Translations under genes and position numbers: made by a program | Part shown: positions 1-8,485 of the stretch, piece by piece | Position numbering within the stretch: position 1 is the stretch's first letter | Layout of the letters: each line of letters starts with the position of its first letter | Source: Burkholderiaceae bacterium | Lineage (GTDB): Bacteria; Pseudomonadota; Gammaproteobacteria; Burkholderiales; Burkholderiaceae_C | Assembly: GCA_016790515.1 (NCBI GenBank) | Contig: JAEUOY010000168.1 | Coordinates: forward strand, 537 to 64,536 | DNA length: 64,000 nucleotides | Reading direction: 5' to 3' | Notes under the pieces: model-generated | The model's database searches: none | What the model saw: the letters and a program-made list of their open reading frames with translations, nothing else | Told to the model about the DNA's origin: nothing

Positions 1-2
1 CG

Positions 3-2264
3 GCCTTGGGCATCTTCATGGTCGTGCTGGTGCAGGACCTGGGCTTTCCCGGCTGGATGTGGGGCATCCTGTTCTTCCTGCCCCGCGTGTTCGATTCGGT
101 GACCGACCCGATCATGGGCTTCATCTCCGACAACACGCGCTCCCGCTGGGGCCGGCGCGCGCACTACGTATTCATCGGCGCCATCGTCATGGGCATCAGC
201 TTCGTCGCCATGTGGCAGCTCGACCGCGCCGACGGCATTCCCTACAACTTCGTCTACTTCCTGTGCTGGAGCTTCGTGTTCTACACGGGACTCACGCTGT
301 TCAGCATTCCCTACGTGGCCATGGGCTACGAGATGAGCGACGACTTCCACGAGCGCACCAGCATCATGGCCGTGGCGCAGTGGATCGGCCAATGGGCCTG
401 GGTGATCGCGCCGTGGTTCTGGGTGATCATGTACGACCCGAAGTGGTTCCCCAGTGCCGACTCGGCCGCGCGCACGCTGTCGGTCTGGGTCGGCGTGGCG
501 TGCATGCTGCTGGCGATGGTGCCGGCCGTGTTCCTGCCCAGCCGCTCGACCCAGGACGACACGCACCTGATCCCGCTGACCATCGCGAACATCGGCACCG
601 GCTTCAAGGAACTGCTGGCCGGCTTCAAGGAGGCTTTCGGCTGCGTGCCCTTTCGCAAGCTGTGCATCGCCACCTTCCTGATCTTCAACGCCTTCAACAC
701 GGTGGCGGCGTTCTCGTTCTTCATCGTCGTCTACCACCTGTTCCAGGGCAACACGGCGGCGGCCGGCATCTGGCCGACGCTGTTCGGCAGCATCGGCGCG
801 CTCGTCACCACCTTCGCGGTGATCCCGACCGTGGCCTGGATGTCGAAGAAGACCGGCAAGAAGGTCGCCTTCATGCTCTCGCAGGGCATCTCCATCCTCG
901 GCTACGTGCTGCTGTGGTTCTTCATGGTGCCCGGCAAGCCCTGGATGTTCATCCTGGCGCTGCCGTTCTTCTCGTTCGGCATCGGCGGCCTGTTCACGCT
1001 GATGATGTCGATGACGGCCGACGTCTGCGACCTGGACGAACTGGCGACCGGCAAGCGGCGCGAGGGCATCTTCGGCGCGATCTACTGGTGGATGGTCAAG
1101 CTCGGCTTCGCCGTCGCCGGCCTGCTCAGCGGCGCGATCATGTCGCTGGTGGCCTTCACGCCGGGTGCGCCCGTGCAGCCCGACGGTGCCGTCGACGGCC
1201 TGCGCCTGTTCTATTCCGGCGTGCCGATCCTCGGCACGCTGCTGGCGATGTGCTTCATGCGCGACTACGACCTCGACGAGAGGCGCGCCAAGGAGGTGCA
1301 TGCCGAACTGGAGCGGCGCCGGCAGCGCGCCGGCGCGGCCTCGTCGCAGGGTTCGGGCGCCCGCCATTGGCTGGAGGAACATGGGCTGCACCTGCCGGCG
1401 ATGGAGCGCTCTGCGCTGGCAGGCAGGACCGCGGCCGAGATCGCCGCGCTCTATGCCGAGCAGATCCGCAGCGGCGTCTACGGCCTGTGCTTCAGCGCCT
1501 ACACCGAGGGCCAGGGGGCGGGCGATCAGCTGCTGGCATCCAGCGTCGGCCGCCGCATCGACCTCATCGCGCCGCACACGCGGTGGCTGCGTTCCTTCGC
1601 CTGCACCGAGGGGCACGAGGCGATTCCCCGGCTGGCCCGCACCAAGGGCTTGAAGACCCTGGTGGGGGCCTGGATCAGCAGCGACCGGGAGCGCAACGAG
1701 CGCGAGATCGAGGCGCTGATCAGGCTGGGGCAGGAAGGCATGGTCGACATCGCGGTGGTCGGCAACGAGGTGCTGCTGCGGGGGGATCTGCCCGAACCGG
1801 AACTGCTGGCCTACCTGCAGCGCGTGAGGGCCGCGCTGCCGGAGACCGTGCCGGTGGCTTGTGTCGACGCCTACTACCAGTTCCTGGAGCGGCCGGCACT
1901 GACGGCGGCCTGCGACGTGCTGCTGCCGAACTGCTACCCGTTCTGGGAAGGGGCCGACATCGACATCGCCGCGCAGTACCTGCGGCGCATGGTCGGCCTG
2001 GTGAAGGCCGCCGGCGGCGACAAGCCCGTCGTCGTGGCCGAGACGGGCTGGCCCGGCAGCGGACAGGCCGTGGACGCGGCGGTGCCCTCGACCCTCAACG
2101 CGATGCGCTACTTCATCGACGTGCAGCAGTGGGCGCGCGGCGAAGGGGTCAAGCTGTTCTACTTCTCGTCGTTCGACGAGCCCTGGAAGCTGCAGCAGGA
2201 AGGCGAAGTGGGCACCCAATGGGGCCTGTGGGACAAGGACGAACGTCCCAAGTACGGGGCCTGA
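3..2264 (+). CDS. MFS (GPH/MelB-like) sugar transporter fused to C-terminal GH17 beta-1,3-glucanase domain; 5'-truncated by window edge
   Basis: About 11 hydrophobic helices with GPH motifs (DSVTDPIMGFISDNTRSRWGRR; DLDELATGKRREG), then a linker and a GH17 domain with VGNEVLLR (acid/base) and VAETGWP (nucleophile), YFSSFDEPWK, WGLW. Frame is open back to base 3. Confidence 0.9.
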   Translation, partial: ALGIFMVVLVQDLGFPGWMWGILFFLPRVFDSVTDPIMGFISDNTRSRWGRRAHYVFIGAIVMGISFVAMWQLDRADGIPYNFVYFLCWSFVFYTGLTLFSIPYVAMGYEMSDDFHERTSIMAVAQWIGQWAWVIAPWFWVIMYDPKWFPSADSAARTLSVWVGVACMLLAMVPAVFLPSRSTQDDTHLIPLTIANIGTGFKELLAGFKEAFGCVPFRKLCIATFLIFNAFNTVAAFSFFIVVYHLFQGNTAAAGIWPTLFGSIGALVTTFAVIPTVAWMSKKTGKKVAFMLSQGISILGYVLLWFFMVPGKPWMFILALPFFSFGIGGLFTLMMSMTADVCDLDELATGKRREGIFGAIYWWMVKLGFAVAGLLSGAIMSLVAFTPGAPVQPDGAVDGLRLFYSGVPILGTLLAMCFMRDYDLDERRAKEVHAELERRRQRAGAASSQGSGARHWLEEHGLHLPAMERSALAGRTAAEIAALYAEQIRSGVYGLCFSAYTEGQGAGDQLLASSVGRRIDLIAPHTRWLRSFACTEGHEAIPRLARTKGLKTLVGAWISSDRERNEREIEALIRLGQEGMVDIAVVGNEVLLRGDLPEPELLAYLQRVRAALPETVPVACVDAYYQFLERPALTAACDVLLPNCYPFWEGADIDIAAQYLRRMVGLVKAAGGDKPVVVAETGWPGSGQAVDAAVPSTLNAMRYFIDVQQWARGEGVKLFYFSSFDEPWKLQQEGEVGTQWGLWDKDERPKYGA

Positions 2265-2295
2265 CGACCTGGACGATCGAACCCGGACTCCTGCC

Positions 2296-3423
2296 ATGAA
2301 GAAGCCCCCCGAATCCACGGCCTGCGCGCTGGCCGCCGCGCTGCTCGTCAGCGCCTGCGGCGGCGGTGACCCGGCGACCGACACGACGCCGCCCACGGTG
2401 GCCATCACCGCGGCCGCGGGGCCGGCGGGCACCGTGGTCTTCACCTTCAGCTTCAGCGAGCCTGTCGGCAACACGTTTGCGGCCGAGGATGTCACCGTCA
2501 CCGGCGGCAACACGGCGGCCGCGGTCACCCAGGTCGACGCCACGCACTACACCCTCAGTGTGCTGCAGGTCAGCGGCACGGTGAGCGTGACGCTGGGCGC
2601 CGGGAAGTTCTCGGACGCTGCCAACAACGTCAATGTCGCCTCGGCGTCGAAGAGCTACAGCGACCCGGCCAGCAACGTGCCCGCCGGCTACAAGCTGGTC
2701 TGGTCCGACGAGTTCAGCAACGCAGGCCTGCCCGACAGCAGCAGATGGGCCTACGACACCTACCGCAATCCGGTGGGCTGGTTCAACAACGAGCTCCAGT
2801 ACTACGCCGCCGCGCGGCCGCAGAACAGCAGCATCGCCGATGGCGTGCTGTCGATCACCGCGAGGCGCGAGCGGCTGGGCAGCGCGCCCGACTACGGCAA
2901 CCAGGACTTCAGCTCGGCCCGGCTGATCACGCAGGGGAAGTTCAGCTTCACCTACGGCTTCGTCGAGGTGCGCGCCAGGCTGCCCTGCAGTCTGGGCACC
3001 TGGCCGGCGATCTGGACGCTGGGCATCCCGGCGGACAACTGGCCCACCAACGGCGAGATCGACATCATGGAACAGCGCGGCTTTTCCGCCGCCGACAAGG
3101 CCACGGTGCTGGGCACGCTGCACATGCCGGCGCACTTTGCCGGCGGCGGGCTGAGCGAGTCGCGGTCGCTGCCCGATGCCTGCACGGCGTTCCACAAGTA
3201 CCAGCTGCTCTGGACCGCGAACCAGATCCAGATCGGCGTCGACGGCGTGGTCTACAACACCTATGCCAAGCCGGCCGGCGCCACCGCGAGCACCTGGCCC
3301 TTCGACGTGCCGCAGTTCATCCTGCTGAACCTGGCCATCGGCGGCGACCTGGGCGGCCCGGTGCCGGCAGGCTTCACCAGCGACAGCCTGCAGGTCGACT
3401 ACGTGCGGGTCTATCGGCCGTAG
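2296..3423 (+). CDS. GH16 endo-1,3-beta-glucanase (laminarinase) lipoprotein with N-terminal Ig-like domain
   Basis: Lipobox VSAC-GGG; Ig-like FTFSFSEPV segment; GH16 motifs WSDEF, NNELQYY, WPAIW, GEIDIME (catalytic ExDxxE near 3055-3072), FILLNLAIGG, VDYVRVY. Confidence 0.92.
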   Translation: MKKPPESTACALAAALLVSACGGGDPATDTTPPTVAITAAAGPAGTVVFTFSFSEPVGNTFAAEDVTVTGGNTAAAVTQVDATHYTLSVLQVSGTVSVTLGAGKFSDAANNVNVASASKSYSDPASNVPAGYKLVWSDEFSNAGLPDSSRWAYDTYRNPVGWFNNELQYYAAARPQNSSIADGVLSITARRERLGSAPDYGNQDFSSARLITQGKFSFTYGFVEVRARLPCSLGTWPAIWTLGIPADNWPTNGEIDIMEQRGFSAADKATVLGTLHMPAHFAGGGLSESRSLPDACTAFHKYQLLWTANQIQIGVDGVVYNTYAKPAGATASTWPFDVPQFILLNLAIGGDLGGPVPAGFTSDSLQVDYVRVYRP

Positions 3424-3473
3424 CGCACCGGCGGTCAGGCCGATCGTGGCCCGCTGCGCGGGCAGGTCTGCCA

Positions 3474-3758
3474 TCAGTTCGTCAAGCCGTACTTCTTCAG
3501 GTCTCGCGCGCAGGCCGACGTGGCCGCATCCTTGCGGCAGGTGAACAGCGACTGCCGGCAGCGGTTGCTGGCGTACTCCTGGGCCTGCGACATCGAGCCG
3601 GCCATGTCGACCTGAGCCACCTTCAATTCGACCTTCATGCAGGCCTCGGTGAACTGCTCGTCGCTCGGCATTCCGGCTGGCGCCGGTCCCGGCGCGGCGC
3701 AGCCCGTGCCCAACAGCAATGCAGCGATCGCAGCCAGGGAGGCAACTCGGTTCTTCAT
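3474..3758 (-). CDS. Small Cys-rich lipoprotein, unknown function
   Basis: MKNR plus hydrophobic stretch and lipobox-like GTGC; four further Cys in 94 aa; co-oriented just downstream of the GH149 gene. Confidence 0.65.
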   Translation of the reverse strand: MKNRVASLAAIAALLLGTGCAAPGPAPAGMPSDEQFTEACMKVELKVAQVDMAGSMSQAQEYASNRCRQSLFTCRKDAATSACARDLKKYGLTN

Positions 3759-3803
3759 GATGCAGCTTTCGATGGTGAATGTGGAAACGCCTGCAGCAGG
3801 CCG

Positions 3804-6800
3804 TCAGCCGCAGCGCAGGCACACCTCGGCCTCGACCGCCCGCACGCCTTGGCGGTCGAACGCCCGATCGGGGCAATCCAGCCAGCCCGCATCGGTCAGC
3901 ACCCGCAGCCGGGTGCTCGGGCCACGGCGGTAGGCAAAGGGCAAGCGCCCCCAGGTGAAGCTCAAGTCCGTGCCGGCGGGCAGTTCGGCAGGGTCGAGCA
4001 AGACCGGGTCGAAGTGCACCAGGCCGTCGCGCAGGCGCAGCCCCAGTTCGCCCCAGCGGGTCAGGATCTCCTCCTTGACCTGGCCGGTCATCCCGGGCTG
4101 CTGCGCGCCGCCCTCGCCGGGCGTGTGGCTGTACGGGTCGGCGGGAAAGGCGCCGTAGGCCGCCGCCGACTTGCGGTAGCCCAGGCCGTCGCGCACCCGG
4201 CGGTAGTGGGCGACCAGGGCCGGCAACTGCGGCGAGTCGCGGTCGGCCGCGGCGAACACCTGTTCCTGCACCGCCAGCAGCAACTTGGCGACCATGTGCC
4301 AGTAGATGCAGCCCAGGCCCTCGTAAGCGAACATCGTGCCCGAGCGGCCGGTGAAGGCGTGATGGTTCAGCACCCGCTCGTAGGCCTCGGCCAGCGGCAC
4401 CAGCGCCTCGCCCAGATCGGCGCCGGCGGCTTCGAGGTCGCCGCGGTTGGCCAGCGCCGGCGCGAAGCGCACCGTGCCGTCGCTCTGCTGCTGCAGCAGG
4501 TCGGTGCGGCGCTGGTCCAGCAGGCGCTGCACGATCGGCAGCGCAAGCGCCGCGGCATCGAGCCTGTTGCGCTCGAGGAAGCCGGGCAGGGCGCGGTCGG
4601 GGTAGAGCATGAAGCTCTGCCGCCGCGGGCAGAACAGCGGGCTGGCGAACAGCGCATCGAGCAGCGCCACCGCCTCGGCCGGGCCGAGCAGGCCGCAGGA
4701 CAGCAGCGCCACCTGGCCCTCGAGCATCGGGTACAGCGTGTCGACCTCGGCCCGGCCGCGTGACAGGTCGACCAGGTTGTAGCTGTGGAACAGGCCGTCG
4801 TCGCGCCGGCAGCGCAGCAGCGTGGCATCGACCAGCGGCAGCAGGTCGCGCGCCAGGCCGGTCAGCAGACCGGCCGGGGCCACGGCCCGCGTGCCGCCCG
4901 GGTAGCGCCCCTCGGCGCCCTGGTAGCCGCTGGCGCGCCAGGGGTCGAGCAGGTGGCCGGCCGCGTCGAGGAAGGCCCGGCGCGCCGAGGCATCGTCCAC
5001 CGCGGCCGACGGCGTGGCGCGCACCAGCGCGGCCAGCCCGGTCAGTGCCGTCAGCGTGGCCGGCGACAGGTCGAACGGCGCATCGGCGCCCGGCAGCGCG
5101 GCCACGAAGTTCAGGAACCGGCGCAAGTGGGCCAGCGTGACGACCGACAGCCCGTTGCCCACCAGCGCGTTGTTCGCATCGTTCCACTCGGGCCGCTGGG
5201 TGTGCAGCCACAGGCCGCCCCCGGGCACCAGGCTGCCGGCCTTGGCCAGCAGGATGATCGCCAGCTTCTCGGCCAGCGTGGCCAGCGACGGCTGGTCGTC
5301 CCGGTCGCAGACCAGCAGGCCGTCGGCGCCGATGCGGCGTGCCAGCGCGTGCGCGCGCTGGTGCGCGGCGTCGTCGAAGCCGATCGTGGACTTCGGCCGG
5401 GCGGTCTGCTCGTCGTGCGGCGTCAGCCGGTAGGGCACGTCGGAAAAGCTGAACAGCGCGCGGTTCCACAGGCCGGGCAGCAGGGCCGGGTCATGGGCGT
5501 GGGCGGCCTCCAGCAGGCGCAGCAGGTAGATCACCTGGTGGTCGCCCCAGTAGCCGATGTGGCTCCAGGGGTTGTCGGGCTCGACCACCTCCCAGTCGAT
5601 GCCCTCGCGGCTGATGCGGTAGGGGTTGTAGCCGTCGGGCGTCATCGCGCCGAGGAAGGCGGCGATCATCGACCCGGCGTAGGCCGGTTCGCTGGGCAGC
5701 AGCGCTTCCCAGTTCTGGAAGATGTCGCGCCAGTTGCCCTGGTAGTCGACGATGCGCTGCCCGGCGGCGTTGCGCACGCGGATCGAGAACCGGTTCCACG
5801 GCCGGCTGGGGTCGCCGTGGCGGCGGCTGAAGGTCAGCGGCAGGTACTCGAGCACCAGGCGCTCGGCCTGCGCTCCCGCAGCGCGGGCCGCCTCGAGCGC
5901 CGCCGCACGGTCGATGCGCGGCGGCCAGTCCTGCGCCGCCCCGGCGGCCTGCCGGGCCAGCGCGTCGCCGACCGCCCGGTTGCGCTGGCGCACGAAGGCC
6001 AGCAGGTCGTCGCGGTCGAACTGCGTGCCGGCCGCGAACACCCCGCCGCGCATGATGTTGAACAGCACGTTGGCGCGGTGGTGCGCCGCGGCCATGGGGT
6101 CGGCCGAGGCCTGGAAGCCGTCGGCCCGGGCCAGCAGTTCGTCCAGCCCGGCCTGGTTGCGCGCCAGCGCGTCGTCGATCTCGGCCGGGCTGCCGCCGCC
6201 GGCTTCGAGCGACCGCGCCAGCTCGTAGGCCTGCACCTGCGAACAAGGCCCGTCGACGACGAGCTGCCAGGCCAGGCCGGCGGCATCGACCACGGCATCG
6301 AAGTTGACCAGGAAGGCGCCACGCCGGCCCCGTGTCAGATGCTCGGCCTGCACGGTGCCGCTGCGGCAGAAATCGGCCACCTGCTGCGTCGACAGCAGCG
6401 TGCGCGTGCCCGCGGCCAGGCCGGCATGCCAGGCGGCGAGCGCCCTGAACGATTCCTTGGGTTCGGCGCGGTCCCAGATCTGCGCGTACAGCGTGAACAG
6501 CCCGAGCCGCCCGCCGGCGGCCGACTCGTTCCACTTGTAGGCGTCGGTCAGGCAGCTCATCGTGTTCGCGTGCGTGACGCCGACGCCCGGCGGCAGCAGG
6601 TTCAGCAGCCCGTCGAGCACCTGCACGGCCACCGGCCCCTGCAACGCCTCGAGCCGGGCGCTGCGCACCAGCCCCAGGCCGGCGGCGCCCGACCACTCGA
6701 CCTGGAAGGCCAGCCGGCCCGAGGGGTCTTCCTCGCGGAAGCGGATGCGGGTGCCCGACAGGTTCTTCCACACCGAGCGTCGGCCGTTCGCGCCGGTCGG

Positions 6801-7100
6801 GCGCTGCGCGAAGGGCTCCCACAGCACCGCCGCGCCGGCATCGAGGATGCGGATCCAGCTGCGCGGCCCCGTGTGTTCCCAGCGCAGGTGGATCTTGTCG
6901 ACCGTCTCGTAGGGGAAGAAGGCGCCCTCGGGGTCGCGCCGGCCGGCGGCGAGCGAGCCGGCGGTCGAGACGAAGGCCCACAGGTCGCTGTCGCCGGCCA
7001 GCGTCATGAAGAACGGACTCTGGTGGTCGTAACCGTCGATGCGGTACCAGGTCTGGCCGGCGTCCTCGACGAACCGGCCGTGCATGTTGCTCGTTGGCAT
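3804..7100 (-). CDS. GH149-like beta-1,3-glucan phosphorylase
   Basis: 1098 aa, no signal peptide; blocks FSRRHGDPSRPWN, YQGNWRDIFQNWEAL, IGYWGDHQ, RPEWNDANNALVG, GRSGTMFAYEGLGCIYWHMV, QQPGMTGQVKE that I recall from this family; glucan-locus context. Confidence 0.8.
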   Translation of the reverse strand: MPTSNMHGRFVEDAGQTWYRIDGYDHQSPFFMTLAGDSDLWAFVSTAGSLAAGRRDPEGAFFPYETVDKIHLRWEHTGPRSWIRILDAGAAVLWEPFAQRPTGANGRRSVWKNLSGTRIRFREEDPSGRLAFQVEWSGAAGLGLVRSARLEALQGPVAVQVLDGLLNLLPPGVGVTHANTMSCLTDAYKWNESAAGGRLGLFTLYAQIWDRAEPKESFRALAAWHAGLAAGTRTLLSTQQVADFCRSGTVQAEHLTRGRRGAFLVNFDAVVDAAGLAWQLVVDGPCSQVQAYELARSLEAGGGSPAEIDDALARNQAGLDELLARADGFQASADPMAAAHHRANVLFNIMRGGVFAAGTQFDRDDLLAFVRQRNRAVGDALARQAAGAAQDWPPRIDRAAALEAARAAGAQAERLVLEYLPLTFSRRHGDPSRPWNRFSIRVRNAAGQRIVDYQGNWRDIFQNWEALLPSEPAYAGSMIAAFLGAMTPDGYNPYRISREGIDWEVVEPDNPWSHIGYWGDHQVIYLLRLLEAAHAHDPALLPGLWNRALFSFSDVPYRLTPHDEQTARPKSTIGFDDAAHQRAHALARRIGADGLLVCDRDDQPSLATLAEKLAIILLAKAGSLVPGGGLWLHTQRPEWNDANNALVGNGLSVVTLAHLRRFLNFVAALPGADAPFDLSPATLTALTGLAALVRATPSAAVDDASARRAFLDAAGHLLDPWRASGYQGAEGRYPGGTRAVAPAGLLTGLARDLLPLVDATLLRCRRDDGLFHSYNLVDLSRGRAEVDTLYPMLEGQVALLSCGLLGPAEAVALLDALFASPLFCPRRQSFMLYPDRALPGFLERNRLDAAALALPIVQRLLDQRRTDLLQQQSDGTVRFAPALANRGDLEAAGADLGEALVPLAEAYERVLNHHAFTGRSGTMFAYEGLGCIYWHMVAKLLLAVQEQVFAAADRDSPQLPALVAHYRRVRDGLGYRKSAAAYGAFPADPYSHTPGEGGAQQPGMTGQVKEEILTRWGELGLRLRDGLVHFDPVLLDPAELPAGTDLSFTWGRLPFAYRRGPSTRLRVLTDAGWLDCPDRAFDRQGVRAVEAEVCLRCG

Positions 7101-7112
7101 CAGGGGTCTGCT

Positions 7113-8441
7113 TCAGGTCAGAAGAGTGGTGATGGCACGCGCCGGCAGGTCCAGCCGCACGCGCTGGCCGTCGATGCAGAGCACGAAGGGCGCCGGCTGC
7201 TCGCTGCGGTTCATCACCACCACGGCGAGCGTGCCGTCGGGGTTGGCGAAGGCGGTGGCCTCCAGCAGCTGCCTGCCGGCCGCGCACAGCACGCGCCGGG
7301 CCCCCGGTCGGATGAAGCGCGCGAAGTGGCCGATGTAGGCGTAGGAGCTCTGCGGCATCAGCCGGCCGGCGGCGGTGTCGGCGAGCAGCGGCGCGCTGCA
7401 GAAGTTGCCGACATGGTTGGGCCCGCCGCGCTCGTCGAGCAGCAGGTTCCAGTCGATCCAGCCGACGGTCCAGCGGTTCAGGTCGTTGATGATCGACCGC
7501 GCATAGCGCTCGCCCAGGTCCCACGAGCCGGTGTGCGGCCCGCCTTCCTGGCAGCCCTCGGTGAACAGCAGCTGCTTGTCGGGCCAGGCATCGTGGGCCA
7601 GCTGCACCTGGTCGAACTGGTCTTCGACATACCAGTGGAAGCCCGCGCCCCAGACGTAGCGCGAGGCTTCGCGGTCGGCGTAGACCACGCTGGCGCGCTC
7701 GACCAGGCCGTCGCGGTTGTGGTCCCAGATCACGATCCTGACGTCACCGAGCCCCGCCCGCTCGAGCGCCGGGCCGAGGTGGTCGCGCACGAAATCGCGT
7801 TCCTCCTCGGCGCTGTACAGGCAGCTGTCCCAGCGCTGGGCGGCCATCGGCTCGTTCTGCACCGTGACGCCCCACACCGGGACGCCCTCGGCTCGGTAGG
7901 CCTCGATGAAGCGCACGAAGCACTGCGCCCAGGCCGCGCGGCACTCGGGGCGCAAGCGGCCGCCGCCGCTCATCGCGGCGTTGGTCTTCATCCAGGCCGG
8001 CGGGCTCCACGGCGAGACCAGCAGGGCTATCGGCCGCCCGGCGGCGCGCAGCGCGGCCTGGATGAAGGGAAGCAGCGCCTGGCGGTCGCGTTCGATGCTG
8101 AAGTGCGCGAGGTCGAAGTCCCCAGGCACCTCGGCGTGGGCGTAGTGGCCCAGCGCGAAGTCGCAGCTGTTCATGGGCACCCGGCACAGCGTGTAGCCGT
8201 GGCCCCGCACCGGGTCGAAGCAGGCCTGCAGCACCTCGGCCCGGCGTTCGGGGCCGAGCCGCTGCCAGGTGACGGCGGCGGCCTCGGTGAAGGCGCCGCC
8301 GAAGCCCAGCAGGGTCTGGAACCGGCGCGTCGTGTCGACCCAGACCCGGGGCAGGGCCTCGTCGCCGGGCCTGGCCTCGGGCGGCGCCGGCTGTTCGGCC
8401 AGCGCCTGGCCCGAGCCGCGGGCGGTCAGGATGCGGCGCAT
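7113..8441 (-). CDS. GH30 glycoside hydrolase (likely beta-1,6-glucosidase/debranching)
   Basis: C-terminal 442 aa of the long track ORF, start ATG at 8441 (MRRILTARG); motifs GFGGAFTEAA, SPWSPPAWMKTN, QNEP, FTEGC, WIDWNL, GGPNHVGNFC; no signal peptide. Confidence 0.88.
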   Translation of the reverse strand: MRRILTARGSGQALAEQPAPPEARPGDEALPRVWVDTTRRFQTLLGFGGAFTEAAAVTWQRLGPERRAEVLQACFDPVRGHGYTLCRVPMNSCDFALGHYAHAEVPGDFDLAHFSIERDRQALLPFIQAALRAAGRPIALLVSPWSPPAWMKTNAAMSGGGRLRPECRAAWAQCFVRFIEAYRAEGVPVWGVTVQNEPMAAQRWDSCLYSAEEERDFVRDHLGPALERAGLGDVRIVIWDHNRDGLVERASVVYADREASRYVWGAGFHWYVEDQFDQVQLAHDAWPDKQLLFTEGCQEGGPHTGSWDLGERYARSIINDLNRWTVGWIDWNLLLDERGGPNHVGNFCSAPLLADTAAGRLMPQSSYAYIGHFARFIRPGARRVLCAAGRQLLEATAFANPDGTLAVVVMNRSEQPAPFVLCIDGQRVRLDLPARAITTLLT

Positions 8442-8485
8442 CCGGCGGGCGTCGCGCGGGTCATCGCCAGTGCTGCGGCCAATGC

